Origin: Eledone cirrhosa
Taxonomy: Eukaryota
NCBI GenBank assembly: GCA_964016885.1
Contig: OZ024743.1
Location: 129,580,001 to 129,644,000 of the forward strand
Length of the DNA: 64,000 nucleotides
Direction: 5' to 3'
Shown here: positions 1 to 13,269 of the stretch, piece after piece
How the letters are laid out: every line of letters begins with the position of its first letter
Numbering within the stretch: the first letter of the stretch is position 1
Made by a program: the position numbers and the translations under genes
Notes under the pieces: model-generated
What the model was told of the DNA's origin: nothing
Seen by the model: the letters and a program-made list of their open reading frames with translations, nothing else
The model's database searches: none

Positions 1-3000
1 TCAAACACCAAGCACCAAGCACCAAACACCAAACACCAAGCACCAAGCACCAAACATCAAACACCAAGCACCAAGCAGCAAACACCTAACACCAAGCACC
101 AAGCACCAAGCACCAAGCACCAAACACCAAGCACCAAGCACCAAACACCAAACCCCAAGCACAAAACACCAAACCGCAAGCACCAAGCACCAAACACTAA
201 TCACCAAGCACCAAGCACCAAACAACAAGCACCAAGCACCAAGCACCAGGCACCAAGCACCCAGCACCAAACACAAAACACCAAGCACCAAGCACCAAGC
301 AGCAAACACCAAGCATCAAACACCAAACACCAAACACCAAGCACCAAACACCAAGCACGAAGCACCAAACACCAAACACCAAGCACCAAGCACCAAGCAC
401 CAAACACCAAACACCAAGCACCAAACACCAGATACCAAGCACCAAGCACCAAACACCAAACACCAAGCACCAAGCAGCAAACACCAAACAACAAGCACCA
501 GGCACCAAGCACGAAACACCAAACACCAAGCACCAAGCACCAAACACCAAACACCAGGCACGCAGCATCAAACACCAAGCACCAAGCACCAAGCACCAAG
601 TACCAAACACCAACCACCAAGCACCAAACACCAAACACCAAGCACCAAGCACCAAGCACGAAACACAGGCACCAAGCACCAAGCACCAAACACCAAACAC
701 CAAGCACGCAGCACCAAACACCAAGCACCAAGCACCAAACACCAAGCACCAAGCACCAAGCACCAAACACCAAACACCAAACACCAAGCACCAAGAACCA
801 AACACCAAACAGCAAGCACCAAGCACCAAACACCAAGTACCAAACACCAAACACCAAGCACCAATCACCAAACACTAATCACCAAGCACCAAGCACCAAA
901 CACCAAGCACCAAGCACCAAACACCAAACACCAAACACCAAGCACCAAGCACCAAACAGCAAGCACCAAACACCAAGCACCAAACACCAAGCACCAAACA
1001 CCAAGCCCCACGCACCAAGCACCAAACACCAAACACCGAGCACCAAGCACCAAACACCAAGCACCAAGCACCAAGACCCTAGCACCAAACACCAAACACC
1101 AAGCAAAAAGCACAAAACACCAAGCACCAATCACCAAGCACCAAACACCAAGCAGCAAGCAGCAAGCACCAAACACCAAACACCAAGCACCAAGCACCAA
1201 ATACCAAACACCAAGCACCAAGGACCAAACATCAAACACCAAGCACCAAGCACCAAACGCCTAACACCAAGCACCAAGCACCAAACACCAAGCACCAGGC
1301 ACCAAGCACCAAACACCAAGCACCAAGCACCAAGCACCAAACACCAAACACCAAGCACCAAGAACCAAACACCAAACACCAAACAGCAAGCACCAAGCAC
1401 CAAACACCAAGCACCAAACACCAAACAGCAAACACCAAACACCAAACAGCAAACAGCAAACGCCAAACACCAAGCACCAAGCACCAAGCACCAAACACCA
1501 AGCACTAAGCACCAAGCACAAATCACCAAACACCAAGCACCAAACACCAAGCACCAAACACCAAGCACCAAACACCAATCACCAGGCACCAAGCACCAAA
1601 CACCAAGCACCACCACCAAACACCAAGCACCAAGCACCAAACACATAACACCAAGCACCAAGCACCAAGCACGAAGCACCAAACTCCAAGCACCAAACAC
1701 CAAACACCAAGCACCAAGTACCAAACACCAAGCACCAAGCACCAAACACCAAGCACCAAGCACCAATCACCAAACACCAAGAACCAAGCACCAAACACCA
1801 AGCACCAAGCACCAAGTACATACACCAAGCACCAAACACCAAACACAAAACACCAAGCACCAAGCAACAAGCATCAAACACCAAGCATCAAACACCAAAC
1901 ACCAAACACCAAGCACCAAGCACCAAACAAGAAACACCAAGCACCAAGCACCCAGCACCAAACACCAAGCACCAAGCACCAAGCACCAAACACCAAGCAC
2001 CAAACACCAAACACCAAGCACCAAACACCAAACACCAAGCACCAAGCACCAAAACCCAAACACCAAGCACCAAGCACCAAACACCAAACACCAAACACCA
2101 GACACCAAGCACCAAACACCAAACACCAAACACCAAGCACCAAGCACCAAACCCCAAGCACCAAGCACCAAACACTAATCACCAAGCACCAAGCACCAAA
2201 CAACAAGCACCAAGCACCAAGAACCAGGCACCAAGCACCAAGCACCAAACACAAAACACCAAGCACCAAGCACCAAGCAGCACAAACCAAGCATCAAACA
2301 CCAAACACCAAACACCAAACACCAAGCACTAAGCACCAAGCACCAAGCACCAAACGCCAAGCACCCAGCACCAAACACCAAACACCAAGTACCAAGCACC
2401 AAACACCATACACCAAGCACCAAGCACCAAACACCAAACACCAAGCACCAAACACCAGACACCAAGCACCAAACACCAAGCACCAAGCACCAAGCACCAA
2501 ACACCAAACAACAGGCACCAGGTACCAAGCACCAACCACCAAAAACCAAGCAGCAAGCACCAAACACCAAGCCCCAATCACCAAACGCCAAACACCAAGA
2601 ACCAAGCACCAAGCACCAAACACCAAGCACCAATCACCTAACACCAAGCACCAAGCACCAAACACCAAGCACCAGGCACCAAGCACCAAACACCAAGCAC
2701 CAAGCACTAAGCACCAAACACCAAACACCAAGCACCAAGAACCAAACACCATACACCAAACAGCAAGCACCAAGCACCAAACACCAAGCACCAAACACCA
2801 AACAGCAAACACCAAACACCAAACAGCAAACAGCAAACGCCAAACACCAAGCACCAAGCACCAAGCACCAAACACCAAGCACTAAGCACCAAGCACAAAT
2901 CACCAAACACCAAGCACCAAACACCAAGCACCAAACACCAAGCACCAAACACCAAGCACCAGGCACCAAGCACCAAACACCAAGCACCACCACCAAACAC

Positions 3001-6000
3001 CAAGCACCAAGCACCAAACACATAACACCAAGCACCAAGCACCAAGCACCAAGCACCAAACTCCAAGCACCAAACACCAAACACCAAGCACCAAGTACCA
3101 AACACCAAGCACCAAGCACCAAACACCAAGCACCAAGCACCAATCACCAAACACCAAGAACCAAGCACCAAGTACATACACCAAGCACCAAACACCAAAC
3201 ACAAAACACCAAGCACCAAGCAACAAGCATCAAACACCAAGCATCAAACACCAAACACCAAACACCAAGCACCAAGCACCAAACAAGAAACACCAAGCAC
3301 CAAGCACCCAGCACCAAACACCAAGCACCAAGCCCCAAGCACCAAACACCAAGCACCAAACACCAAACACCAAGCACCAAACACCAAACACAGAGCACCA
3401 AGCACCAAAACCCAAACACCAAGCACCAAGCACCAAACACCAAACATCAAACACCAGACACCAAGCACCAAACACCAAACACCAAACACCAAGCACCAAG
3501 CACCAAACCCCAAGCACCAAGCACCAAACACTAATCACCAAGCACCAAGCACCAAACAACAAGCACCAAGCACCAAGAACCAGGCACCAAGCACCAAGCA
3601 CCAAACACAAAACACCAAGCACCAAGCACCAAGCAGCACACACCAAGCATCAAACACCAAACACCAAACACCAAACACCAAGCACTAAGCACCAAGCACC
3701 AAGCACCAAACGCCAAGCACCCAGCACCAAACACCAAACACCAAGTACCAAGCACCAAACACCATACACCAAGCACCAAGCACCAAACACCAAACACCAA
3801 GCACCAAACACCAGACACCAAGCACCAAACACCAAGCACCAAGCACCAAGCACCAAACACCAAACAACAAGCACCAGGTACCAAGCACCAACCACCAAAA
3901 ACCAAGCACCAAGCACCAAACACCAAGCCCCAATCACCAAACGCCAAACACCAAGAACCAAGCATCAAGCACCAAACACCAAACAACAAACACCAAACAG
4001 CAAACACCAAATACCAAACAGCAAAAACCAAATACGAAACAGCAAACACCATACAGCAAACACCATACGCCAAAAAGCAGACACCAAACAGCAAACACCA
4101 AACACCAAACACCAAACACCAAACACCAAGCACCAAGCACCAACCACCAAACCCCAAGCACCAAGCAACAAACACTAATCACCAAGCACCAAGCACCAAA
4201 CACCATGCACCAAGCACCAAGCACCAAACACCAAACACCAAGCACCAAAGACCAAGCACCAAGCACCAAGCACCAAGCACCAAGCACCAAACACAAAACA
4301 CCAAGCACCAAGCACCAAGCAGCACACACCAAGCATCAAACACCAAACACCAAACACCAAGCACCAAACACCAAACACCAAGCACTAAGCACCAAGCACC
4401 AAGCACCAAACTCCAAGCACCCGGCACCAAACACCAAACACCAAGCACCAAGCACCAAACACCAAACACCAAGCACCAAGCACCTAGCACCAAACACCAG
4501 ACACCAAGCACCAAACACCAAGCACCAAGCACCAAGCACCAAACACCAAACAACAAGCACCAGGTACCAAGCACCAAACACCAAAAACCAAGCACCAAGC
4601 ACCAAACACCAAGCACCAAGCACCAAACACCAAACACCAAACACCAAACAGCAAGCACCAAACACCAAACACCAAACACCAAGCACCAAGCACCAAGCAC
4701 AAAACACCAAGCCCCAAGCACCAAACACCAAACACCAAACACCAAGCACCAAGCACCAAACACCAAGCACCAAGCACCAATCACAAAGAACGAAACAACA
4801 AGCAGCAAGCAGCAAGCACCAAACACCAAACACCAAGCACCAAACACCAAGCACGAAGCACTAAGGACCCAACATCAAACACCAAGCACCAAGCACCAAA
4901 CACCAAACACCAAGCACCAAGCAGCAAGCACCAAGCACCGAACACCAAGCCCCAAACACCAAGCACCAAACACCAAGCACCAAACACCAAACACTAAGTC
5001 CCACGCACCAAGCACCAAACACCAAACAGCAAGCACCAAGTACCAAACACCAAGCACCAAGCACGAAGCCCCTAGCAACAAACACCAAACACCAAGCACC
5101 AAGCACAAAACACCAAGCACCAATCACCAAGCACCAAACACCAAGCAGCAAGCAGCAAGCACCAAACACCAAAACCAAGCACCAAGCACCAAACACCAAG
5201 CACCAAACATCAAACACCAAGCACCAAGCACCAAACACCTAGCACCAAGCACCAAGCACCAAGCACCACACAATAAGCACCAAACACCAAGCACCAAGCA
5301 CCAAACACCAAGCACCAGGCACCAAGCACCAAACACCAAGCACCAAGCACCAAACACCAAGCACCAAGACCGAAGCACCAAACACCAAGCACCAAACTCC
5401 GAACACAAAACACCAAGCACCAAGCAGCGAGCACCAAACACCAAACACCAAGCACCAAGCACCAAACACCAACCAACAAGCACCAAGGACCAAACATCAA
5501 ACACCAAGCACCAAGCACCAAACACCAAACACCAAGCACCAAGCACCAAACATCAAACACCAAGCACCAAGCAGCAAACACCTAACACCAAGCACCAAGC
5601 ACCAAGCACCAAGCACCAAACACCAAGCACCAAGCACCAAACACCAAACCCCAAGCACAAAACACCAAACCGCAAGCACCAAGCACCAAACACTAATCAC
5701 CAAGCACCAAGCACCAAACAACAAGCACCAAGCACCAAGCACCAGGCACCAAGCACCCAGCACCAAACACAAAACATCAAGCACCAAGCACCAAGCAGCA
5801 AACACCAAGCATCAAACACCAAACACCAAACACCAAGCACCAAACACCAAGCACGAAGCACCAAACACCAAACACCAAGCACCAAGCACCAAGCACCAAA
5901 CACCAAACACCAAGCACCAAACACCAGATACCAAGCACCAAGCACCAAACACCAAACACCAAGCACCAAGCAGCAAACACCAAACAACAAGCACCAGGCA

Positions 6001-6810
6001 CCAAGCACGAAACACCAAACACCAAGCACCAAGCACCAAACACCAAACACCAGGCACACAGCATCAAACACCAAGCACCAAGCACCAAGCACCAAGTACC
6101 AAACACCAACCACCAAGCACCAAACACCAAACACCAAGCACCAAGCACCAAGCACGAAACACAGGCACCAAGCACCAAGCACCAAACACCAAACACCAAG
6201 CACGCAGCACCAAACACCAAGCACCAAGCACCAAACACCAAGCACCAAGCACCAAGCACCAAACACCAAACACCAAACACCAAGCACCAAGAACCAAACA
6301 CAAAACAGCAAGCACCAAGCACCAAACACCAAGTACCAAACACCAAACCCCAAGCACCAATCACCAAACACTAATCACCAAGCACCAAGCACCAAAGACC
6401 AAGCACCAAGCACCAAGCACCAAGCACCAAGCACCAAACACCAAGCACCAAGCACCAAACACCAAACACCAAACACCAAGCACCAAGCACCAAACAGCAA
6501 GCACCAAACACCAAGCACCAAACACCAAGCACCAAACACCAAGCCCCACGCACCAAGCACCAAACACCAAACACCGAGCACCAAGCACCAAACACCAAGC
6601 ACCAAGCACCAAGACCCTAGCACCAAACACCAAACACCAAGCAAAAAGCACAAAACACCAAGCACCAATCACCAAGCACCAAACACCAAGCAGCAAGCAG
6701 CAAGCACCAAACACCAAACACCAAGCACCAAGCACCAAATACCAAACACCAAGCACCAAGGACCAAACATCAAACACCAAGCACCAAGCACCAAACGCCT
6801 AACACCAAGC
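1..6810 (+). repeat. Dispersed direct repeat: 1-~1270 recurs at 5497-~6810 (offset 5496, then 5538)
   Basis: The rare unit CCGCAAG occurs at 174 and 5670. ORF pairs 1..312 / 5497..5808 and 316..561 / 5812..6057 match. A further partial copy lies at about 11970-13000 (ORF 11987..12232 has the same translation as 316..561). Confidence 0.88.
1261..3960 (+). repeat. Tandem higher-order duplication, period about 1.36-1.38 kb (2 copies)
   Basis: The block starting CTAACACCAAG...CACCAGG occurs at 1261 and 2638 (offset 1377). TACATA occurs at 1817 and 3173, and CACTAAT at about 2173 and 3529 (offset 1356 after a 21-bp indel). ORF pair 1874..2290 / 3230..3646 is nearly identical. Confidence 0.9.
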
Positions 6811-7519
6811 ACCAAGCACAAAGCACCAAGCACCAAACACCAAGCACCAATCACCTAACACCAAGCACCAAGCACCAAACACCAAGCACCAGGCACCAAG
6901 CACCAAACACCAAGCACCAAGCACCAAGCACCAAACACCAAACACCAAGCACCAAGAACCAAACACCAAACACCAAACAGCAAGCACCAAGCACCAAACA
7001 CCAAGCACCAAACACCAAACACCAAACAGCAAGCACCAAACACCAAACACCAAACACCAAGCACCAAGCACCAAGCACAAAACACCAAGCCCCAAGCACC
7101 AAACACCAAACACCAAACACCAAGCACCAAGCACCAAACACCAAGCACCAAGCAGCAATCACAAAGAACGAAACAACAAGCAGCAAGCAGCAAGCACCAA
7201 ACACCAAACACCAAGCACCAAACACCAAGCACGAAGCACTAAGGACCCAACATCAAACACCAAGCACCAAGCACCAAACACCAAACACCAAGCACCAAGC
7301 AGCAAGCACCAAGCACCGAACACCAAGCCCCAAACACCAAGCACCAAACAGCAAGCACCAAGTACCAAACACCAAGCACCAAGCACGAAGCCCCTAGCAA
7401 CAAACACCAAACACCAAGCACGAAGCACAAAACACCAAGCACCAATCACCAAGCACCAAACACCAAGCAGCAAGCAGCAAGCACCAAACACCAAAACCAA
7501 GCACCAAGCACCAAACACC

Positions 7520-9030
7520 AAGCACCAAGCACCAAGAACCAAACACCAAACACCAAACAGCAAGCACCAAGCACCAAACACCAAGCACCAAACACCAAAC
7601 AGCAAACACCAAACACCAAACAGCAAACAGCAAACGCCAAACACCAAGCACCAAGCACCAAGCACCAAACACCAAGCACTAAGCACCAAGCACAAATCAC
7701 CAAACACCAAGCACCAAACACCAAGCACCAAACACCAAGCACCAAACACCAAGCACCAGGCACCAAGCACCAAACACCAAGCACCACCACCAAACACCAA
7801 GCACCAAGCACCAAACACATAACACCAAGCACCAAGCACCAAGCACCAAGCACCAAACTCCAAGCACCAAACACCAAACACCAAGCACCAAGCACCAAAC
7901 TCCAAGCACCAAACACCAAACACCAAGCACCAAGCACCAAGCACCAATCACCAAACACCAAGAACCAAGCACCAAACACCAAGCACCAAGCACCAAGTAC
8001 ATACACCAAGCACCAAACACCAAACACAAAACACCAAGCACCAAGCAACAAGCATCAAACACCAAGCATCAAACACCAAACACCAAACACCAAGCACCAA
8101 GCACCAAACAAGAAACACCAAGCACCAAGCACCCAGCACCAAACACCAAGCACCAAGCACCAAGCACCAAACACCAAGCACCAAACACCAAACACCAAGC
8201 ACCAAACACCAAACACCAAGCACCAAGCACCAAAACCCAAACACCAAGCACCAAGCACCAAACACCAAACACCAAACACCAGACACCAAGCACCAAACAC
8301 CAAACACCAAACACCAAGCACCGAGCACCAAACCCCAAGCACCAAGCACCAAACACTAATCACCAAGCACCAAGCACCAAACAACAAGCACCAAGCACCA
8401 AGAACCAGGCACCAAGCACCAAGCACCAAACACAAAACACCAAGCACCAAGCACCAAGCAGCACACACCAAGCATCAAACACCAAACACCAAACACCAAA
8501 CACCAAGCACTAAGCACCAAGCACCAAGCACCAAACGCCAAGCACCCAGCACCAAACACCAAACACCAAGTACCAAGCACCAAACACCATACACCAAGCA
8601 CCAAGCATCAAACACCAAACACCAAGCACCAAACACCAGACACCAAGCACCAAACACCAAGCACCAAGCACCAAGCACCAAACACCAAACAACAAGCACC
8701 AGGTACCAAGCACCAAACACCAAAAACCAAGCACCAAGCACCAAACACCAAGCCCCAATCACCAAACGCCAAACACCAAGAACCAAGCACCAAGCACCAA
8801 ACACCAAACAACAAACACCAAACAGCAAACACCAAACACCAAACAGCAAAAACCAAATACGGAACAGCAAACACCATACAGCAAACACCATACGCCAAAA
8901 AGCAGACACCAAACAGCAAACACCAAACACCAAACACCAAACACCAAACACCAAGCACCAAGCACCAACCACCAAACCCCAAGCACCAAGCAACAAACAC
9001 TAATCACCAAGCACCAAGCACCAAACACCA
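7520..9030 (+). repeat. Further copy of the TACATA/CACCAC module plus the A-type tract (related to 1340-2610 and 3970-4200)
   Basis: TACATA at 7998 vs 1817 (offset 6181). ORF 7948..8352 has the same translation as 1767..2171. The CACCATA-CGCCAAA-AAGCAGA tract at about 8890 matches the one at about 4060. Confidence 0.85.
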
Positions 9031-12000
9031 AGCACCAAGCACCAAACACCATGCACCAAGCACCAAGCACCAAACACCAAACACCAAGCACCAAGCACCA
9101 AACACCAAGCACCAAGCACCAAACACCAAGCACCAAGCACCGAACACCAAGCACCAAGGACCCAACATCAAACACCAAGCACCAAGCACCAAGCACCAAA
9201 CACCAAACACCAAGCACCAATCACAAAGAACGAAACAACAAGCAGCAAGCAGCAAGCACCAAACACCAAACACCAAGCACCAAACACCAAACACCAAGCA
9301 CCAAGGACCCAACATCAAACACCAAGGACCAAGCACCAAGCACCAAACACCAAACACCAAGCACCAAGCACCAAGCACCAAGCACCAAGCACCGAACACT
9401 AAGCCCCAAACACCAAGCCCCAAACACCAAGCACAAAACACCAAACATTAAGTCCCACGCACCAAGCACCAAACACCAAACACCAAGCACCAAGCACCAA
9501 ACACCAAACAACAAGCACCAGGCACCAAGCACCAAACACCAAACACCAAGCACGAAGCACCAAACACCAAACACCAAGCACGCAGCATCAAACACCAAGC
9601 ACCAAGCACCAAGCACCAAACACCAAGCACCAAGCACCAAGCACCAAGTACCAAACACCAAACACCAAGCACCAAACACCAAACACCAAGCACCAAGCAC
9701 AAAGCACGAAACACCAGGCACCAAGCACCAAGCACAAAACACCAAACACCAAGCACAAAACACCAGCCACCATGCACCAAGCACCAAACACCAAACACCA
9801 AGCACTATGCACCAAACACCAAACAACAAGCACCAGGCACCAAGCACCAAACGCCAAACACCAAGCACGCAGCACCAAACACCAAGCACCAAGCCCCAAC
9901 CACCAAACACCAAGCACCAAGCACCAAGCACCAAACACCAAACACCAAGCACCAAGAACCAAACACCAAACACCAAACAGCAAGCACCAAGCACCAAACA
10001 CCAAGCACCAAACACCAAACAGCAAACACCAAATGCCAAACAGCAAACAGCAAACGCCAAACACCAAGCACCAAGCACCAAGCACCAAACACCAAGCACC
10101 AAGCACCAAGCACAAATCACCAAACACCAAGCACCAAGGACCAAACATCAAACACCAAGCACCAAGCACCAAACACCAAACACCAATCACCAAGCACCAA
10201 GCAAAAAGCACCGAACACCAAGCACCAAACACCAAGCACCAAACACCAAGCACCAAACACCAAGCACCAGGCACCAGGCACCAAACACCAAGCACCAAGC
10301 ACCAAACACCAAGCACCAAGCACCAAACACATAACACCAAGCACCAAGCACCAAGCACCAAGCACCAAACACCAAGCACCAAACACCAAACACCAAGCAC
10401 CAAGTACCAAACACCAAGCACCAAGCACCAAACACCAAGCACCAAGCACCAATCACTAAACACCAAGAACCAAGCACCAAACACCAAGCACCAAGCACCA
10501 AGTACATACACCAAGCACCAAACACCAAACACAAAACACCAAGCACCAAGCAACAAGCATCAAACACCAAGCATCAAACACCAAACACCAAGCACCAAGC
10601 ACCAAACACCAAACACCAAGCACCCAGCACCAAACACCAAGCACCAAGCACCAAGCACCAAACACCAAGCACCAAACACCAAACACCAAGCACCAAACAC
10701 CAAACACCAAGCACCAAGCACCAAAACCCAAACACCAAGCACCAAGCACCAAACACCAAACACCAAACACCAGACACCAAGCACCAAACACCAAGCACCA
10801 AGCATCAAACAGCAAACCCCAAGCACCAAGCACCAAACACTAATCACCAAGCACCAAGCACCAAACAACAAGCACCAAGCACCAAGAACCAGGCACCAAG
10901 CACCAAGCACCAAACACAAAACACCAAGCACCAAGCACCAAGCAGCACACACCAAGCATCAAACACCAAACACCAAACACCAAGCACCAAACACCAAACA
11001 CCAAGCACTAAGCACCAAGCACCAAGCACCAAACTCCAAGCACCCAGCACCAAACACAAAACACCAAGCACCAAGCACCAAACACCAAACACCAAGCACC
11101 AAGCACCTAGCACCAAACACCAGACACCAAGCACCAAACACCAAGCACCAAGCACCAAGCACCAAACACCAAACAACAAGCACCAGGTACCAAGCACCAA
11201 ACAACAAAAACCAAGCACCAAGCACCAAACACCAAGCACCAAACACCAAACACCAAACACCAAACAGCAAGCACCAAACACCAAACACCAAACACCAAGC
11301 ACCAAGCACCAAGCACAAAACACCAAGCCCCAAGCACCAAACACCAAACACCAAACACCAAGCACCAAGCACCAAACACCAAGCACCAAGCAGCAATCAC
11401 AAAGAACGAAACAACAAGCAGCAAGCAGCAAGCACCAAACACCAAACACCAAGCACCAAACACCAAGCACGAAGCACTAAGGACCCAACATCAAACACCA
11501 AGCACCAAGCACCAAACACCAAACACCAAGCACCAAGCAGCAAGCACCAAGCACCGAACACCAAGCCCCAAACACCAAGCACCAAACAGCAAGCACCAAG
11601 TACCAAACACCAAGCACCAAGCACGAAGCCCCTAGCAACAAACACCAAACACCAAGCACGAAGCACAAAACACCAAGCACCAATCACCAAGCACCAAACA
11701 CCAAGCAGCAAGCAGCAAGCACCAAACACCAAAACCAAGCACCAAGCACCAAACACCAAGCACCAAACATCAAACACCAAGCACCAAGCACCAAACACCT
11801 AGCACCAAGCACCAAGCACCAAGCATCAAACAATAAGCACCAAACACCAAGCACCAAGCACCAAACACCAAGCACCAGGCACCAAGCACCAAACAACAAG
11901 CACCAAGCACCAAACACCAAGCACCAAGACCGAAGCACCAAACACCAAGCACCAAGCACCAAGCACCAAGCAGCAAACACCAAGCATCAAACACCAAACA

Positions 12001-13269
12001 CCAAACACCAAGCACCAAACACCAAGCACGAAGCACCAAACACCAAACACCAAGCACCAAGCACCAAGCACCAAACACCAAACACCAAGCACCAAACACC
12101 AGATACCAAGCACCAAGCACCAAACACCAAACACCAAGCACCAAGCAGCAAACACCAAACAACAAGCACCAGGCACCAAGCACGAAACACCAAACACCAA
12201 GCACCAAGCACCAAACACCAAACACCAGGCACGCAGCATCAAACACCAAGCACCAAGCACCAAGCACCAAGTACCAAACACCAACCACCAAGCACCAAAC
12301 ACCAAACACCAAGCACCAAGCACCAAGCACGAAACACAGGCACCAAGCACCAAGCACCAAACACCAAACACCAAGCACGCAGCACCAAACACCAAGCACC
12401 AAGCACCAAACACCAAGCACCAAGCACCAAGCACGAAACACCAAACACCAAACACCAAGCACCAAGAACCAAACACCAAACAGCAAGCACCAAGCACCAA
12501 ACACCAAGCACCAAACACCAAACCCCAAGCACCAGTCACCAAGCACCAAGCACCAAAGACCAAGCACCAAGCACCAAGCACCAAGCACCAAGCACCAAAC
12601 ACCAAGCACCAAGCACCAAACACCAAACACAAAACACCAAGCACCAAGCACAAAACAGCAAGCACCAAACACCAAGCACCAAACACCAAGCACCAAACAC
12701 CAAGCCCCACGCACCAAGCACCAAACACCAAACACCGAGCACCAAGCACCAAACACCAAGCACCAAGCACCAAGACCCTAGCACCAAACACCAAACACCA
12801 AGCAAAAAGCACAAAACACCAAGCACCAATCACCAAGCACCAAACACCAAGCAGCAAGCAGCAAGCACCAAACACCAAACACCAAGCACCAAGCACCAAA
12901 TACCAAACACCAAGCCCCAAGGACCAAACATCAAACACCAAGCACCAAGCACCAAATGCCTAACACCAAGCACCAAGCACCAAGCACCAAGCACCAAACA
13001 CCAAGCACCAATCACCTAACACCAAGCACCAAGCACCAAACACCAAGCACCAGGCACCAAGCACCAAACACCAAGCACCAAGCACCAAGCACCAAACACC
13101 AAACACCAAGCACCAAGAACCAAACACCAAACACCAAACAGCAAGCACCAAGCACCAAACACCAAGCACCAAACACCAAACAGCAAACACCAAACACCAA
13201 ACAGCAAACAGCAAACGCCAAACACCAAGCACCAAGCACCAAGCACCAAACACCAAGCACTAAGCACCA

